NCBI GenBank assembly: GCA_951406725.2
Contig: OX597828.1
Coordinates: 41,168,001-41,232,000 of the forward strand
Length of the DNA stretch: 64,000 bases
From: Octopus vulgaris
Taxonomy: Eukaryota
Direction: 5' to 3'
Under the pieces are notes generated by a model that was not told the origin of the DNA, did not search any database, and saw only the letters and a list, made by a program, of their open reading frames with translations. Numbering within the stretch: position 1 is the stretch's first letter; every line of letters begins with the position of its first letter. The translations under genes and the position numbers were made by a program. Shown here in pieces: positions 1-11,817 of the stretch.

Positions 1-37
1 AGTGCTTTGGATCAATTCACCTGTACTGTAGCTCTTG
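1..37 (+). CDS. SDR (FabG/3-oxoacyl-ACP reductase-like) exon, 5' part outside window
   Basis: Reads SALDQFTCTVAL+G, then GTATGT donor at 38; typical segment just after the SDR YxxxK helix; joins in phase 1 to 606. Confidence 0.85.
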
Positions 38-87
38 GTATGTTGATTTTTATCCTCATTTCTTTCAAATATTTTTCTCTTTTCTTT

Positions 88-540
88 TCAGTTCTGTGTT
101 GTTTTGACCCTGGTCAAGCAGGCCTATGATTAAGTGTTCAGTTCTGTGTTGTTTTGAGCCTGGTCAAGCAGGCCTATGATTAAGTGTTCAGTTCTGTGTT
201 GTTTTGAGCCTGGTCAAGCAGGCCTATGATTAAATGTTCAGTTCTGTGTTATTTTGAGCCTGGTTAAGTAGGCCTATGATTAAGTGTTCAGTTCTGTGTT
301 GTTTTGAGCCTGATCAAGCAGGCCTATGATTAAATGTTCAGTTCTGTGTTATTTTGAGCCTGGTCAAGCAGGCCTATGATTAAGTGTTCAGTTCTGTGTT
401 GTTTTGAGCCTGGTCAAGCAGGCCTATGATTAAGTGTTCAGTTCTGTGTTGTTTTGAGCCTAGTCAAGCAGGCCTATGATTAAATGCTCAGTTCTGTGTT
501 GTTTTGACCCTGGTCAAACAGGCCTGTGATTAAGTGTTCC
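88..540. repeat. Intronic minisatellite, 9 x 50 bp
   Basis: GTTCTGTGTT recurs at 91, 141, ... 491; unit CAGTTCTGTGTTGTTTTGAGCCTGGTCAAGCAGGCCTATGATTAAGTGTT with few substitutions. Confidence 0.97.
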
Positions 541-605
541 AGCCATTGTTGTATCTTGTTATTTTATGATGTGCTGAGTATTTTCCATCTTTCTCTGTTT
601 TGCAG

Positions 606-642
606 AGTTGGCATCGAAGAAAGTGCGTGTAAACAGTGTCAA
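606..642 (+). CDS. SDR exon (ELASKKVRVNSVN)
   Basis: Pyrimidine tract + TTTTGCAG acceptor, GTAAGT donor at 643; classical SDR xRVNxV motif. Confidence 0.9.
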
Positions 643-2366
643 GTAAGTCTCATATCTTCACATTAGTTCTGTTAATGTTCAGATATTTATACCATTATGT
701 AGAATAAGTAATCCTTGTACCATTATGTAAATGAGTTGTGCCATGTGTAATGTTGCTTAGATTTTAATAAATAGCTTTTTGATGTTATATTTTGGTATTT
801 ATAAAGGTGAATCCTGATGACTCTTAAGATAAAACTCGTCAGTTTGATTCTTATACCAAGCTATCACAGAGCCATGTGGTCCTAACTGCAGAGTCCAACT
901 GTAAAGCAAGAATATGTTTATTAAATATCAAAATGAATTACTAAAGCTACCAATATTTTTAATATATTATCTTCTGTTAGTCAAGTTAGTGTTCAAATTT
1001 CTAGGGAACATTATAAATACTAACTAGAAATAAATGTGGTGTAAAAAAATCAATATTAGTCAATAGTTAAATATTATTTTAATTATTTCATTAAGTATGG
1101 GAGACAACTCTTGACATGCTTAAGCCTTATTATATCCTCATCAGTGAAATAGAGACTTCACTGTACTTGTTGAAATTGTAGATTTACACCGAAATGATAG
1201 AACAATCGCAAGATTGTACTTTGGTTAACATGGAAAAATAGACTTGTTTAGAGAATATATTACTTAGAGCAACCATCTGCATAAAAAAACTATAGTTAAT
1301 GTTAAAATATATTTTATTATCTTCACTCTTGACAATTGTTCTTGTATCTTTGGCAGGAATTGTTGGGTGGTATATCAGGAAACATCTATCTTGTGTTCTA
1401 TCCCATTGTGGGAACTAAATAGGATACCGCTTCATTCTAAAACACTTACTTGCTATCGTATCTATCAACTTGGTACCAATTCATAAACAGTGTTGTCTTA
1501 AATAATTACAGGTTAATTATCGTTATCTGAGATACTCAAAAATATTTTTTTGATGATAGGATTTGAACCCTTGATCTTTCTGTTAGTGAACCAATCCCCA
1601 AATAACTTGGCTTCCAGTGACTCTCCAGTGAAGTTTATTGTTCTCAGAGCAACTGATATCAGTCTTAGGTCAACCCTGATTAAGTAAACCCATGAACAAA
1701 GGCTCTCTAGCCATGACCATCCACTAACTTTCAGATAAAGTTTATATCAACCTTCACTATCCAGTATATCGTTCTCCTTTTTAAAGATAGTATTTCATGA
1801 TTTGAGTGATTTGGTTGCTACTTCTAGCAAGTTGAACAACTATGAAGATGCTCTCTCATTAGTTTGAAGGATTCTGAGATCATAGTGATAACTCAAAGTG
1901 GCACAACTGAAGGTTTCATCTTCATATAGAGTATATTTAGAGGAAGTTAGAATGATCTAACCCCCCCACCCTTCCAAATGTTATACTCACAGGAGCTGGG
2001 CATCTTAGTAGCTTTATAGGCCCCACCCATCTACCCAGGCAAATCAGTGTACTGGGCCCCGTAGTGTCTATTTATAAACAGTAAGCTACAATATGCAGAG
2101 ATAAGAATTGGGCCCCTAAACCCATGAGGCCTCCAGGCAACTACCCTATATGCCTATGCTTTAGATGGCGCAGCACAAGTTTTAAACTTAGTACAACAAC
2201 CTAATGAATCAATAATGCTGTCGTTGCATATTGAAACAAATAGTTCTTAATCATTGAACCTATTTTAGCTTTGTGGATTTGAGCCAGCCAGTGTTAAAAT
2301 ACATTGAACATGGTCATAGCAGGAGACTATTCACTTGGTCATGTTGGCCACCTGTGTCCCTCATAA

Positions 2367-2602
2367 TACCTATTTCTTTACTACCCACAAGGGGGCTAAA
2401 CACAGAGCAGACAAACAAGGACAGACATAGGTATTAAGTCGATTACATCGACCCCAGTGCGTAACTGGTACTTAATTTATCGACCCCGAAAGGATGAAAG
2501 GCAAAGTTGACCTCTGCGGAATTTGAACTCACAACGTAACGCAGACGAAATACCGCTAAGCATTTCACCCGGCGTGCTAACATTTCTGCCAGCTCGCCGC
2601 CT
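2367..2602 (-). mobile_element. tRNA-derived SINE family B (Meta-domain-like core)
   Basis: Head GGCGGCGAGCTGGCAGAAA..., B-box-like GAGTTCAAATTCC, core GCCTTTCATCCTTTCGGGGTCGATAAA; many copies in window. Confidence 0.8.
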
Positions 2603-2666
2603 TCATAATACAGATTTAATATTGCCTCTTCAACTAAATTGTTTGTTCTTCCAAATATTTTTTCAG

Positions 2667-2730
2667 TCCTGGGATTATTGTCACTGAAATACACAGAAGA
2701 ACAGGCATGACTGAAGAAGCTTACGCTCAG
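2667..2730 (+). CDS. SDR exon (PGIIVTEIHRRTGMTEEAYAQ)
   Basis: TTTTTCAG acceptor, CAG|GTAAGG donor; phase-2 join completes N-P-G-x-x-x-T. Confidence 0.9.
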
Positions 2731-2820
2731 GTAAGGTTGAGTGTTTTCTTTTCTTGTTTACTTGAGATTTCTTAACGCTTCTCACAGATTATCAAAGATA
2801 TGAAAATTCTGTGTCTATTA

Positions 2821-2929
2821 GGTGCAGGAGTGGCTGTGTGGTAAGTAGCTTGCTTACCAACCACATGGTTCTGGGTTCAGTCCCACTGTGTGACACCTTG
2901 GGCAAGTGCCTTCTACTATAGCCTCGGGC

Positions 2930-2989
<60 letters not shown>

Positions 2990-3076
2990 ATATATTGGTA
3001 AAAACGGTAAGATAACAAAAGAAAGAAAGAGACCTCAATATTATGTAAATAGAGGAAATTTATCTATATATGTGTG

Positions 3077-3153
<77 letters not shown>

Positions 3154-3362
3154 GTGTGTGTATATGTTTGTCCCCCCAACATTGCTTGACAACCAATGTT
3201 GGTGTGTTTACATCCCCGTAACTTAGCAGTTCGGCATAAGAGACCAACAGAATTAGTACTAGGTTTATAAAATCTAAGTCCTGGGGTCAATTTGCTTGGC
3301 TAAAGGTTGTGCTCCAACATAGCTGCAGTCAAATGACTGAAACAAGTAAAAGAGTAAAGAGT
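2821..3362 (+). mobile_element. tRNA-derived SINE family A (CORE-like), interrupted by microsatellites
   Basis: Head GGTGCAGGAGTGGCTGTGTGGTAAG, GGTTCAGTCCC B-box, ACCTTGGGCAAGT CORE-like motif, tail GACTGAAACAAGTAAAAGAG. Confidence 0.8.
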
Positions 3363-3412
3363 ATTACTCTAAATAACTTTAGTTTTTCAAAATTCTTTTA
3401 AGTAAGTTATTT

Positions 3413-3806
3413 AGACAGACAGTTGTATACAGAAGTGCTGATCACTTAAAGATGATGGAATTCCTGGGAGAGGGAGACCCAGGAAGACATGGAACGAAGT
3501 ATTGAAGGCTGATCTCAAAATATTGAACCTTACAAAGGAGATGACTAAGGACCGGGGTATCTGGTACCTTATTGTACTCAAGAAGACTTGTCCACCACAG
3601 CAGTATTGATACTGGTGCAGGTGCCACATTAGAAGCATGCAGTATATTCTATGGAGTGGTTGGCATTAGGAAGGGCATCCAGCTGTAGAAACCATGCCAG
3701 AAAAGACAATGGAGGCTGGCGTAGTCCCTGGCCTTACTAGCTCTGGATCAAACCGTCCAACCCATGCCAGCATGGAAAACAGACGTTAAATGATGATGAC
3801 GATGAT
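3413..3806 (+). mobile_element. Old RTE LINE 3' fragment
   Basis: Encodes [30 protein letters not shown], homologous to the end of the 49151-51126 ORF; same 3' UTR end and (GAT)n tail. Confidence 0.85.
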
Positions 3807-4061
3807 GTGTCTCAGCTCTATTCAATGTAATTTACTGGGTGAGCTGCACCTCATACAACTCTTGAAAATCAGTTACACCTCACAAAGCATAAATACATTT
3901 ACTTTCATAGATGTGACAATTTTAAAACTGTGTTTGTGTGCATTGACAACATAACCGTGTTTTGGTCTTACAAATGTATTTGTGTGTATGTATATATTCA
4001 CACCGGTGTGAATTGATCTTTTATCAGTCAACATTTTCATTATGACTCTGTATCTTTGCAG

Positions 4062-4244
4062 GTTCTAGAGAAATCCAGAAAGAACCACGTTCTTGGACGT
4101 GTAGGAGAAGTCGATGATGTTGCTAAGACAATTGCATTCTTAGCCTCTGATGCCAGTTCCTTCGTCACAGGGGCCTTGTTTCCCGTTGATGGTGCCAGAC
4201 ACATCACATGTCCGCAAGCTACATATTCAGGAGTTACATATTAA
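4062..4244 (+). CDS. SDR terminal exon ([60 protein letters not shown])
   Basis: TCTTTGCAG acceptor, phase 0; LGR-G-x3-D-x-A...FLAS...TG...VDG SDR C-terminus; TAA at 4242-4244, AATAAA just downstream. Confidence 0.92.
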   Translation, partial: VLEKSRKNHVLGRVGEVDDVAKTIAFLASDASSFVTGALFPVDGARHITCPQATYSGVTY

Positions 4245-5938
4245 CAATAAAAACAGCAGAACAAGACTTTTGCCCTTTTCATCTTTCTTTATCTAAGGTT
4301 TTTCTTTCAGAGATGAATGGAAATTATTTTGTTTTTTCTCCTTGTTTTTCTGCCTACAACAATTTACATTGTCAGTCCTGTTGCAAAGAGTTCCAGCTGG
4401 TCAACAATGTAGAGTAGAATTCCACCTGATCTGAATGAAAATAGGACCTATGGAGTTAGTCACAGCACCCTTCAGCAATTTCAGATGAGAAGCAAAGTGA
4501 CTAGTTTGATCTTTCTTAAAACTCACCTATTACCACTTCTCTCTTTCAGGCTATTAAAAATAAATAACACAAAGCAAATTATTTGAAATATAAGCAAAAA
4601 TGCAATGTTAAACATAGCATTTGTATAGAAGTTCTCAACTATTTTTTTTATTCCACTCTCCTTCATTATCTTAATAATAGTAAAGAAAATCTTGAATTAA
4701 GAATTTATAACACATAAAACAAAAGAAGTCAGAGAATTGAACATTACTTTTATAATTTCATTTTATTAACTTTTATTTAACACAAAACTATGAATTTGAA
4801 TAAATCTGGCTTCATATGAATTAAATCACTGTTATTTTAATTTTTATTTCTTTTTATTACTGTAACTAATCCATTTAAAATTCCTTTGAACTAATGTGTA
4901 AAATAATAGCTGGAATTAGTTGAAGAACATAAGAATTTTTGTAACAACATCTTCTCAATGTCACAACTGTTTAGAAAATAGTACTTTGCAGTCACTGATT
5001 CATTGTGACATGTAGATCAAGTTACGGGTGCTGTTACATTGTTAGTTTCAGTCACTAGTGCTATGGCTGGCTAGATCTAGTCACTCATCTGTCTAGAGAA
5101 TGGTGGTGTGACAATGTGAGCAAGCCACTAGTATTGTCACATGCTGCAGATGGTTGCTAGTAGTGTGACACTGAAGGTTGGCCACTGGTATTGTGACAAG
5201 GTAGACCAAGTCACAAGTGGTGTAAGTGATACTGTGGGTATTCACAGGTACCATGTCACTCATATTTATTTACCTGTGCCATATTACTCTGGTCATCTAT
5301 AATATAGTAAATACACACACATACACACACATATATAAATATATCACTGTATAACTATCAACCAGACTATAGGATTTTGTTGTACAACACTGGTCACAAT
5401 GAACTTCCTCACGTACCTTACATACATACACACACGTATATGTGTGCGGCATATGTATTATTGCATAAACGTGATATATTACAGTAGCATATTGAAGGGA
5501 ATTACATAGGTTTAAACATAGAATAATCTAAGAGGAAATCTGAAATATTACAGCTCTGGCCGTACTTGGGCACAGCAAGTGTGAGGTTTGCGGTCAGAAG
5601 AAAAATACTTTACTGTAGTTACAATTCTTTTATTAGTATTGCTAGGAACACCAAGAAATCTCTCTAAATTCTTGAAAGAAAAAAAAAAACTCAACCATTA
5701 TATATCACCAGTAAAATCATGGTGCCACAGTATTTAGAATATGCTAAATCTGTAGAATTTAGGCAAATGTGCAATAGATGAGTTATGGAAAAAAGAAAAC
5801 TCACTGAATGTACACATAATTAGTGGTAATTAACATGTTAATTACAGATGGGGATTACGGACATGGCATAAACTGTATCCAGGCTTGCTAACTGGACAGG
5901 AAATGGCGAGTCCTCGTGTTTATAGGCGACGAATCGAC

Positions 5939-6157
5939 TCAGGGAGAGTCCACAACGTGTAACCCAAACACTTCGTCATATAGTAGCTTTTTCTGGCCTT
6001 TTAAGAGAATTCCATAAGTTGCATCTAAAATAGCTTCGGCAAAATCGGGATCAGTTTCATCGAGAACGGATTCTGCGGCAGCTACCATTCCAACAATCCT
6101 CTTTAACACATGGGAATACAATTTACTGTCGAGTATGAAAGGTACCACATCACTAGC
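5939..6157 (-). CDS. Terminal coding exon of a minus-strand gene (ASDVVPFILDSKLYSHVLKRIVGMVAAAESVLDETDPDFAEAILDATYGILLKGQKKLLYDEVFGLHVVDSP*), product unknown
   Basis: Strong acceptor TTTTGTTCTGTTTTTGCAG at 6158-6176, phase-0 protein-like frame of 72 aa, TGA stop, minus-strand AATAAA at 5629-5634; not similar to any repeat in the window. Confidence 0.65.
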   Translation of the reverse strand, partial: ASDVVPFILDSKLYSHVLKRIVGMVAAAESVLDETDPDFAEAILDATYGILLKGQKKLLYDEVFGLHVVDSP

Positions 6158-6194
6158 CTGCAAAAACAGAACAAAATTGCGATATTAATATAAT

Positions 6195-6569
6195 GGTGGA
6201 AGCACTCCGTCGGTTACGACGACGAGGGTTCCGGTTGATCCGAATCAACGGAACAGCCTGCTCTTGAAATTAACGTGTAAGTGGTTGAGCACTCCACAGA
6301 CAAGTGTACCCTTAACGCAGTTCTCGGGGATATTCAGCGTGACACAGAGAGTGACAAGGCCGGCCCTTTGAAATACAGGTACAACAGAAACAGGAAGTAA
6401 GAGTGAGAGAAAGTTGTGGTGAAAGAGTACAGCAGGGATCACCACCATCCCCTGCCGGAGCCTCGTGGAGCTTTAGGTGTTTTCGCTCAATAAACACTCA
6501 CAACGCCCGGTCTGGGAATCGAAACCGCGAGTCCGCTGCCCTAACCACTGGGCCATTGCGCCTCCACGC
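6195..6569 (-). mobile_element. tRNA-derived SINE family C with 11-bp TSD
   Basis: Head GCGTGGAGGCGCAATGGCCCAGTGGTTAGGGC...TTCGATTCCC; ATTAATATAAT at 6184-6194 and 6570-6580; divergent copy ~18858-19110 (+). Confidence 0.85.
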
Positions 6570-7336
6570 ATTAATATAATATAGTGATGATAAACGGATA
6601 CACCTTCACCTGTCTTTGGTTCTGTGCGTGAGTTGAATCTAGGAACAACAGCATCGGCAAATAATCATTTCAGACTTTTATTGAAGAACTAACTTCAGGC
6701 TAAAAATAATAGGATAAGGGAGGTAACTGGAGTTATGTAGTCCAGAGTTATCTAACTTTACTGAATACTAAGCGCAAATTCCACCCAGGTATAACTTTAC
6801 TTTTCATATTTCAGGTGTCAATAAAATAACTATAACAATCAAATACAAGCATGAATTAAATAGACAATATCTCTCATAGACAACAGGTTACACCGATTAT
6901 ATGTTAGCAGCAAAGTGGCATAGATTATGAGATTTTCTTTTTTTAGATTAATTAGTGACGAAGTAATTGAGGCTATTCGTTTTTACCCCTTCATATTAAT
7001 TAATATTGAAGTTGATATCAGAAGGATTCATAAATTTTCGATGGGACGTGAAATATTTCTTTTTCTTTTTTTGCGAGGTGGTGGTGGGGAATAGCGAATC
7101 TCGAAGCGCATAAAGCTATACATATAAGCATGTAAATACTGAGCTGAAACCTCTTTTCGATAGAAAACGCCGTTCCAAAAAAGAATTAATATTTAAGTGA
7201 CAGAGGCTGTAAATGTTACAGATTTATTAGCAGCAATGAGACAATGGATTTAGAGAGGTTTTTTTCCAACTTAATTAGTGGCGACGAGAAAGAAATACTT
7301 GTTTTATATTACATTCAGTATGACAATTACCTAGAC

Positions 7337-7812
7337 CAGGGGTGGGGAAAGTTCTTAGTGTGGTGGGAAAAATTTTCCTGAGAAAAAGGTCCGCGGGCGG
7401 ATCACAGGTTCTAACTCATATCTGTGTAAATCTTGTATTAATAAAGATAAGTTTAACATTAAATTAACGCGAAATATCTTCATTAACGCTGCCACTGAAT
7501 TTAGGACGTTTATATTACTTATGATGTATTCCATTCTTTTTTCAGCTGAAGTGTAGTTGGGTCTCAAGGGGTGGGGGAGAGGTAGAAACCTAGCAATATC
7601 AGTTTTATAGTGAAAACAAAATTTTAATTCAAATGACATTTTCAAGTCGTTGTGGAAACGCGAACTATGTCACAAATAGGTATACGAATATTGTATAAAT
7701 TTTGATTGAAAAATTTACTACATTTTGTACACATGAGTATATCACCCTGCGGGCACAATAAAACAAACTCGCAGGCGCAAATCGCCCGCGGGTAGGAGTT
7801 TCTCTACCCCTG
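7337..7812. mobile_element. Non-autonomous hAT element (MITE)
   Basis: TIRs CAGGGGTGGGGAAA / TTTCTCTACCCCTG; perfect 8-bp TSD ACCTAGAC (7329-7336, 7813-7820). Confidence 0.92.
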
Positions 7813-7874
7813 ACCTAGACCAACACATAAACAGCTATACAGTCGATCCAAAAGAAGATAAAGCTGAAATATGG

Positions 7875-8782
7875 TGTAGAGGACTCTCTTTCTCTCTGTT
7901 ATATATACTTGAATACAGACGTAATAGATAACAGCTAGGCCAATCCTCTACTCTGATTGGTTGGTATTGGCGCAATTCATCTCTTGCTCTATTACGCGCC
8001 AATGTGCAACCCAACCAATCGCAGCCTTCCATTTGCGCCGACAGCTTGCTATAAAACTTCAGCGATTCATAGAGTCAAAGTCTTTGGTTCTAGACCTTCT
8101 AAGGTCTAACCACTGACCACAGAGCACACAGCCAGTTCCAGCTACAGTATAACACCAGCAAACATAGAGAAACATCAACACTTCGTCCAGCAGTACCAGG
8201 ACCTCCATCTCCGTCACCAACAACATCTCTCTACGTACACAGCAACACCAGCAACTCGCCAGGTTCTATCCCCTCACTGTTTGTGAATTACTTCACCATG
8301 GTGAACAGCAAATACAACCTGCGAGATTTTCCTGTATCAAGTGAACGGCAGTGGCATAGTAGCCACAACTTCTTACACGACATGCGTCTCAACCGGCTCT
8401 GCTACTTCGCCTCAACTTCTTGTTACAGCACTTCAACTATTGTGTACCTTACTACGAGCTGGTATTTATCTTCCTTGTGTCTGAACATTCTTCTAATGTC
8501 CTGTTACAGACTCTTTCAATGCTCTGTATTTTATGCACACACATACACATTATGTATACATGAAGGCCTGTCTATTATTGTTATTATTATATATGTACTT
8601 TTGACACACACACATTAACACACAAATAAAATCTTCTCTTAACATTCTACCGGTTGTGTTGTTTTTCTTTTCTTTCTGGCACTCATACTCATTTATACTT
8701 TTTGTATTTAATTGTAATCGACCGTGTGGTGTATTAAAGGAGCCATTCATCATCACTTCTCCTTCCGCACGATTCATCTACA
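7875..8782 (+). mobile_element. Solo LTR (Gypsy-like, 908 bp)
   Basis: TGTAGA...TCTACA termini, 4-bp TSD ATGG (7871-7874, 8783-8786), CCAAT cluster 7940-8019, TATAAAA 8050-8056, AATAAA 8625-8630. Confidence 0.85.
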
Positions 8783-9457
8783 ATGGTAATTTCATAATTT
8801 AGTTTATTTATGATTTAAGTATAGTTTCATACTTATTACATTGTGCTGTCACGATATTGTATTTACATACACAGAATCACACATCTCCACTCCTTACAAA
8901 ATATACTTGTAAAATAGGCGTGTGTCTTATACGCCGGTAAAATGGCAATTTGCAGCCAAGAAGCAGTGTCTTCAGACATTTTCAGGTAAAGTGATGGTAG
9001 CTAGTTTTTTTCTTGTCCCTTTTTCACTGCCTCCCACATCAAGAGATTGTTTTTTTTCTTTTGCATGTTTCAGTAATTTGACAGCAGCCATACTGGAGCA
9101 CCGCCTTGAAACGTTTTAGTCGAAGAAATCGACCCCAGGACTTACCCTTTGTAAGCCTAGTACTTATTCTATCAGTCTCCTTTGCCGAATTGTTAAGTTA
9201 TGGGTATATAAACACACCAAAACCAGTTATGAAGCAGTGATTGGGGATAGGGGGACGACAAATACACACACACACACACATATATAGAGGGCTTCTTTCA
9301 GTTTCCATCTACCATATCCACTCAAGGCTTTAGAATTAGACACCTGTCCAAGGTTTCACTGAGACCGGGAACTATGTGGTTAGCAAGTAAATAGTTACAG
9401 TGTTTAATAAAATGAAGTAGCATGAAACAATTGGATATCCTTGCTGCTTATTTTGAA

Positions 9458-10113
9458 CATCATCATCATCGTTTAACGTCCGTTCTCCATGCTAGCATGG
9501 GTTGGACGGTTCGACCGGGGTTCTGGGAAGCCAGAAGGCTGCACCAGGCTCCAGTCTAATCTGGCAATGTTTCTACAGCTGGATGCCCTTCCTAACGCCA
9601 ACCACTCCGTGAGTGTAGTGGGTGCTTTTTACATGCCACCTGCACAGGTGCCAGGCGAGGCTGGCAACGGCCACGGTCAGATTGGTGTATTTTATGTGCC
9701 ACCGGCACGGAAGCCAGTCGAGGCGGTGCTGGCATCAGCCACGAGTCGGATAGTGCCTTTTACGTACCACCAGACCAGGGATCCTGGCTGGTTCAATTCG
9801 ATTTCGATTTCGCTTGCCCCAACATGTCTTCACAAGCAAAGGGGGTTGGCATGGGTGCCTGTCGTACGGTCGCATTGGAGTATTTTACGTGCCACGGCCA
9901 CGAGTCGGATAGTGCTTTTTACATACCACCAGACCAGGGATCCTGGCTGGTTCAATTCGATTTCGATTTCGCTTGCCCCAACATGTCTTCACAAGCAAAG
10001 GGGGTTGGCATGGGTGCCTGTCGTACGGTCGCATTGGAATATTTTACGTGCCACGGCCACGAGTCGGATAGTGCTTTTTACGTACCACCAGGCCAGGGAT
10101 CCTGGCTGGTTCA
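9458..10113 (-). mobile_element. RTE LINE 3' UTR copy with internal 159-bp tandem duplication
   Basis: (CAT)n + CCATGCTAGCATGG terminus as at 48541; GCCACGAGTCGGATAGTGC at 9738, 9897 and 10056. Confidence 0.9.
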
Positions 10114-10146
<33 letters not shown>

Positions 10147-11160
10147 GGGTGCAATGGGTAAACTGTCAGCATTTTATACTTTTAATTTCACGCATTGCTT
10201 GTTTTGGATTTTGTGATCTACATAGTGTCGGTTGGGCACCATCTGTGAGAAAAACAGCACCATGACGTAATTTACTCTGCCAGAAATTTGGAAATGACAT
10301 GCTGTACTGCTTGGGATTGGCACTGGTAGATCCAATACAAACAGATGTTGAGCACAAAGAACAACTGTTGGCTTGCTGTGTCCTGAAAACATGTACCGAG
10401 AGTGATAAAAATCAAACATCCAGTCAACATCATGGTGTTTGGAATGATCACTAGTGATGACGATGTTACACCTCCAGTCATCTTCCCACACAGCCTCACA
10501 CTCTTCATGGAGGCCTACATCAAGTGCCTTGAGGCAATAGTACTGCCCTGGGTCAAGAGGGTGGCTGCTGGAAGACCCTATGTCTGGTAACAGAACTCTG
10601 CACCATGCCACACAAGCAGAAGAAACTAGTCATGGCTGTCAGAAAATTTCTGCGACCACATCACCCCTAACATCTGATCACCTAACTCCCTAAACTGCAA
10701 CCCCTTTGATTATTATGAGTTAGATAAACCATGAGGTAATTCACTCTGCCAAAAATTTGGAAACAACATGCTGTACTGCTTGACATTCGTGCCAGAAGTT
10801 CCAATATGAACATTTCAAAGTGTTTGGGTGTCAATCTGAGGACAGTGCAGAGAGTTCGGAAAGTGCTGGATGAGTCTAATGGAGATTACGAAGGCATGGC
10901 AGCTCATAAAACTCACTTTGATCGTTCTGATAAGAAACGAACTCCTGAATTGTTTGGTGAGATCCAGACCATGATTGACAATGATCCCTCCAAGTCAATC
11001 AGGTCCACTGTCAGGGACTTGGGAGTTTCTGAGTTTCTTATCAGGCAGGTCGTGCATGAAGATATTCGGTATTCCTCATACAAGATGACAAAGGGGCCAA
11101 TTTTTATCCCAAGCCATTAAGGACAAGAGGAAAGATCATGCTGCAAAGCATTTGAACAAT
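10147..11160 (+). mobile_element. Degraded Tc1/mariner (maT/DD37D-like) transposon, rearranged
   Basis: KHPVNIMVFGMITSD..PP..F, YVW*QNSAPCHTS, SPNSLNCNPFDY catalytic-domain motifs; HTH-type N-terminus at 10806-11120; starts TA|GGGTG. Confidence 0.85.
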
Positions 11161-11164
11161 GGGT

Positions 11165-11660
11165 CCATCATATCTAACATTCTCATCTTGTCCAAGACAC
11201 CTACAATTGTCACCTGACTGTAGAGGTTGTGTTGTCAAGCTGTTTATTTTTTAGGTTTACAGAGGAGGGTACAACTTTTCTACACATTATTGTCAAAAAT
11301 GCACATTTGGACTCACCAAATTTCATTCCATTATCTGTCGAAAATTGGATAACGAGGTCCAATTGGTTTTTTATATGGTTGATATTTGACCCACACAACT
11401 TCAAGCTATCAACAAAGAATAGACGGGGGATGCTTTTGGATCCATTTTTATGGCCACTATGTTTTATGTGTAGGTATGATAGGGGATTTAAGGAGTGGAC
11501 AAGCAGCAGTACCAACAGGCTATCATCCTGAAAGATGCCTTTTTGATAGTGAATGCTGACTTGATTTGTTCCTTATCACTCCTAAGGAGCAAAGTGGTGT
11601 ACTAAGTCTTGGTCATGCCTTCAATAGCACTCATCAGTAGTTGTGGGACATTGGCTAGCT
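11165..11660 (-). mobile_element. R4/Dong-like LINE RT fragment
   Basis: KKGIFQDDSL, FVDSLKL (degenerate YxDDLKL), FSTDNGMKFGESKCA. Confidence 0.75.
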
Positions 11661-11817
11661 ACATGTATGTATGTATACATACACATGTATGTATACATAC
11701 ACATGTATGTATACATACACATGTATGTATGTATGTATGTAGACACACAATCCCCAGACACATATAAACATGCACACATACATACTTTTCATAGATACAT
11801 AGGTATACATGCATGCA

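Noticed and set aside
88-540. CRISPR-like array
   Set aside because: Units are contiguous with no unique spacers; eukaryotic intron; simple minisatellite.
811-845. Hammerhead-like CTGATGA...AAAACTCGTC
   Set aside because: GAAA box missing and no convincing stem I.
2821-2890. tRNA genes at SINE heads
   Set aside because: A/B boxes are present but there is no complete cloverleaf, and they continue into SINE bodies.
9489-10265. 258-aa ORF with internal repeats
   Set aside because: Antisense of the RTE 3' UTR; a 159-bp (53-codon) duplication keeps the frame open.
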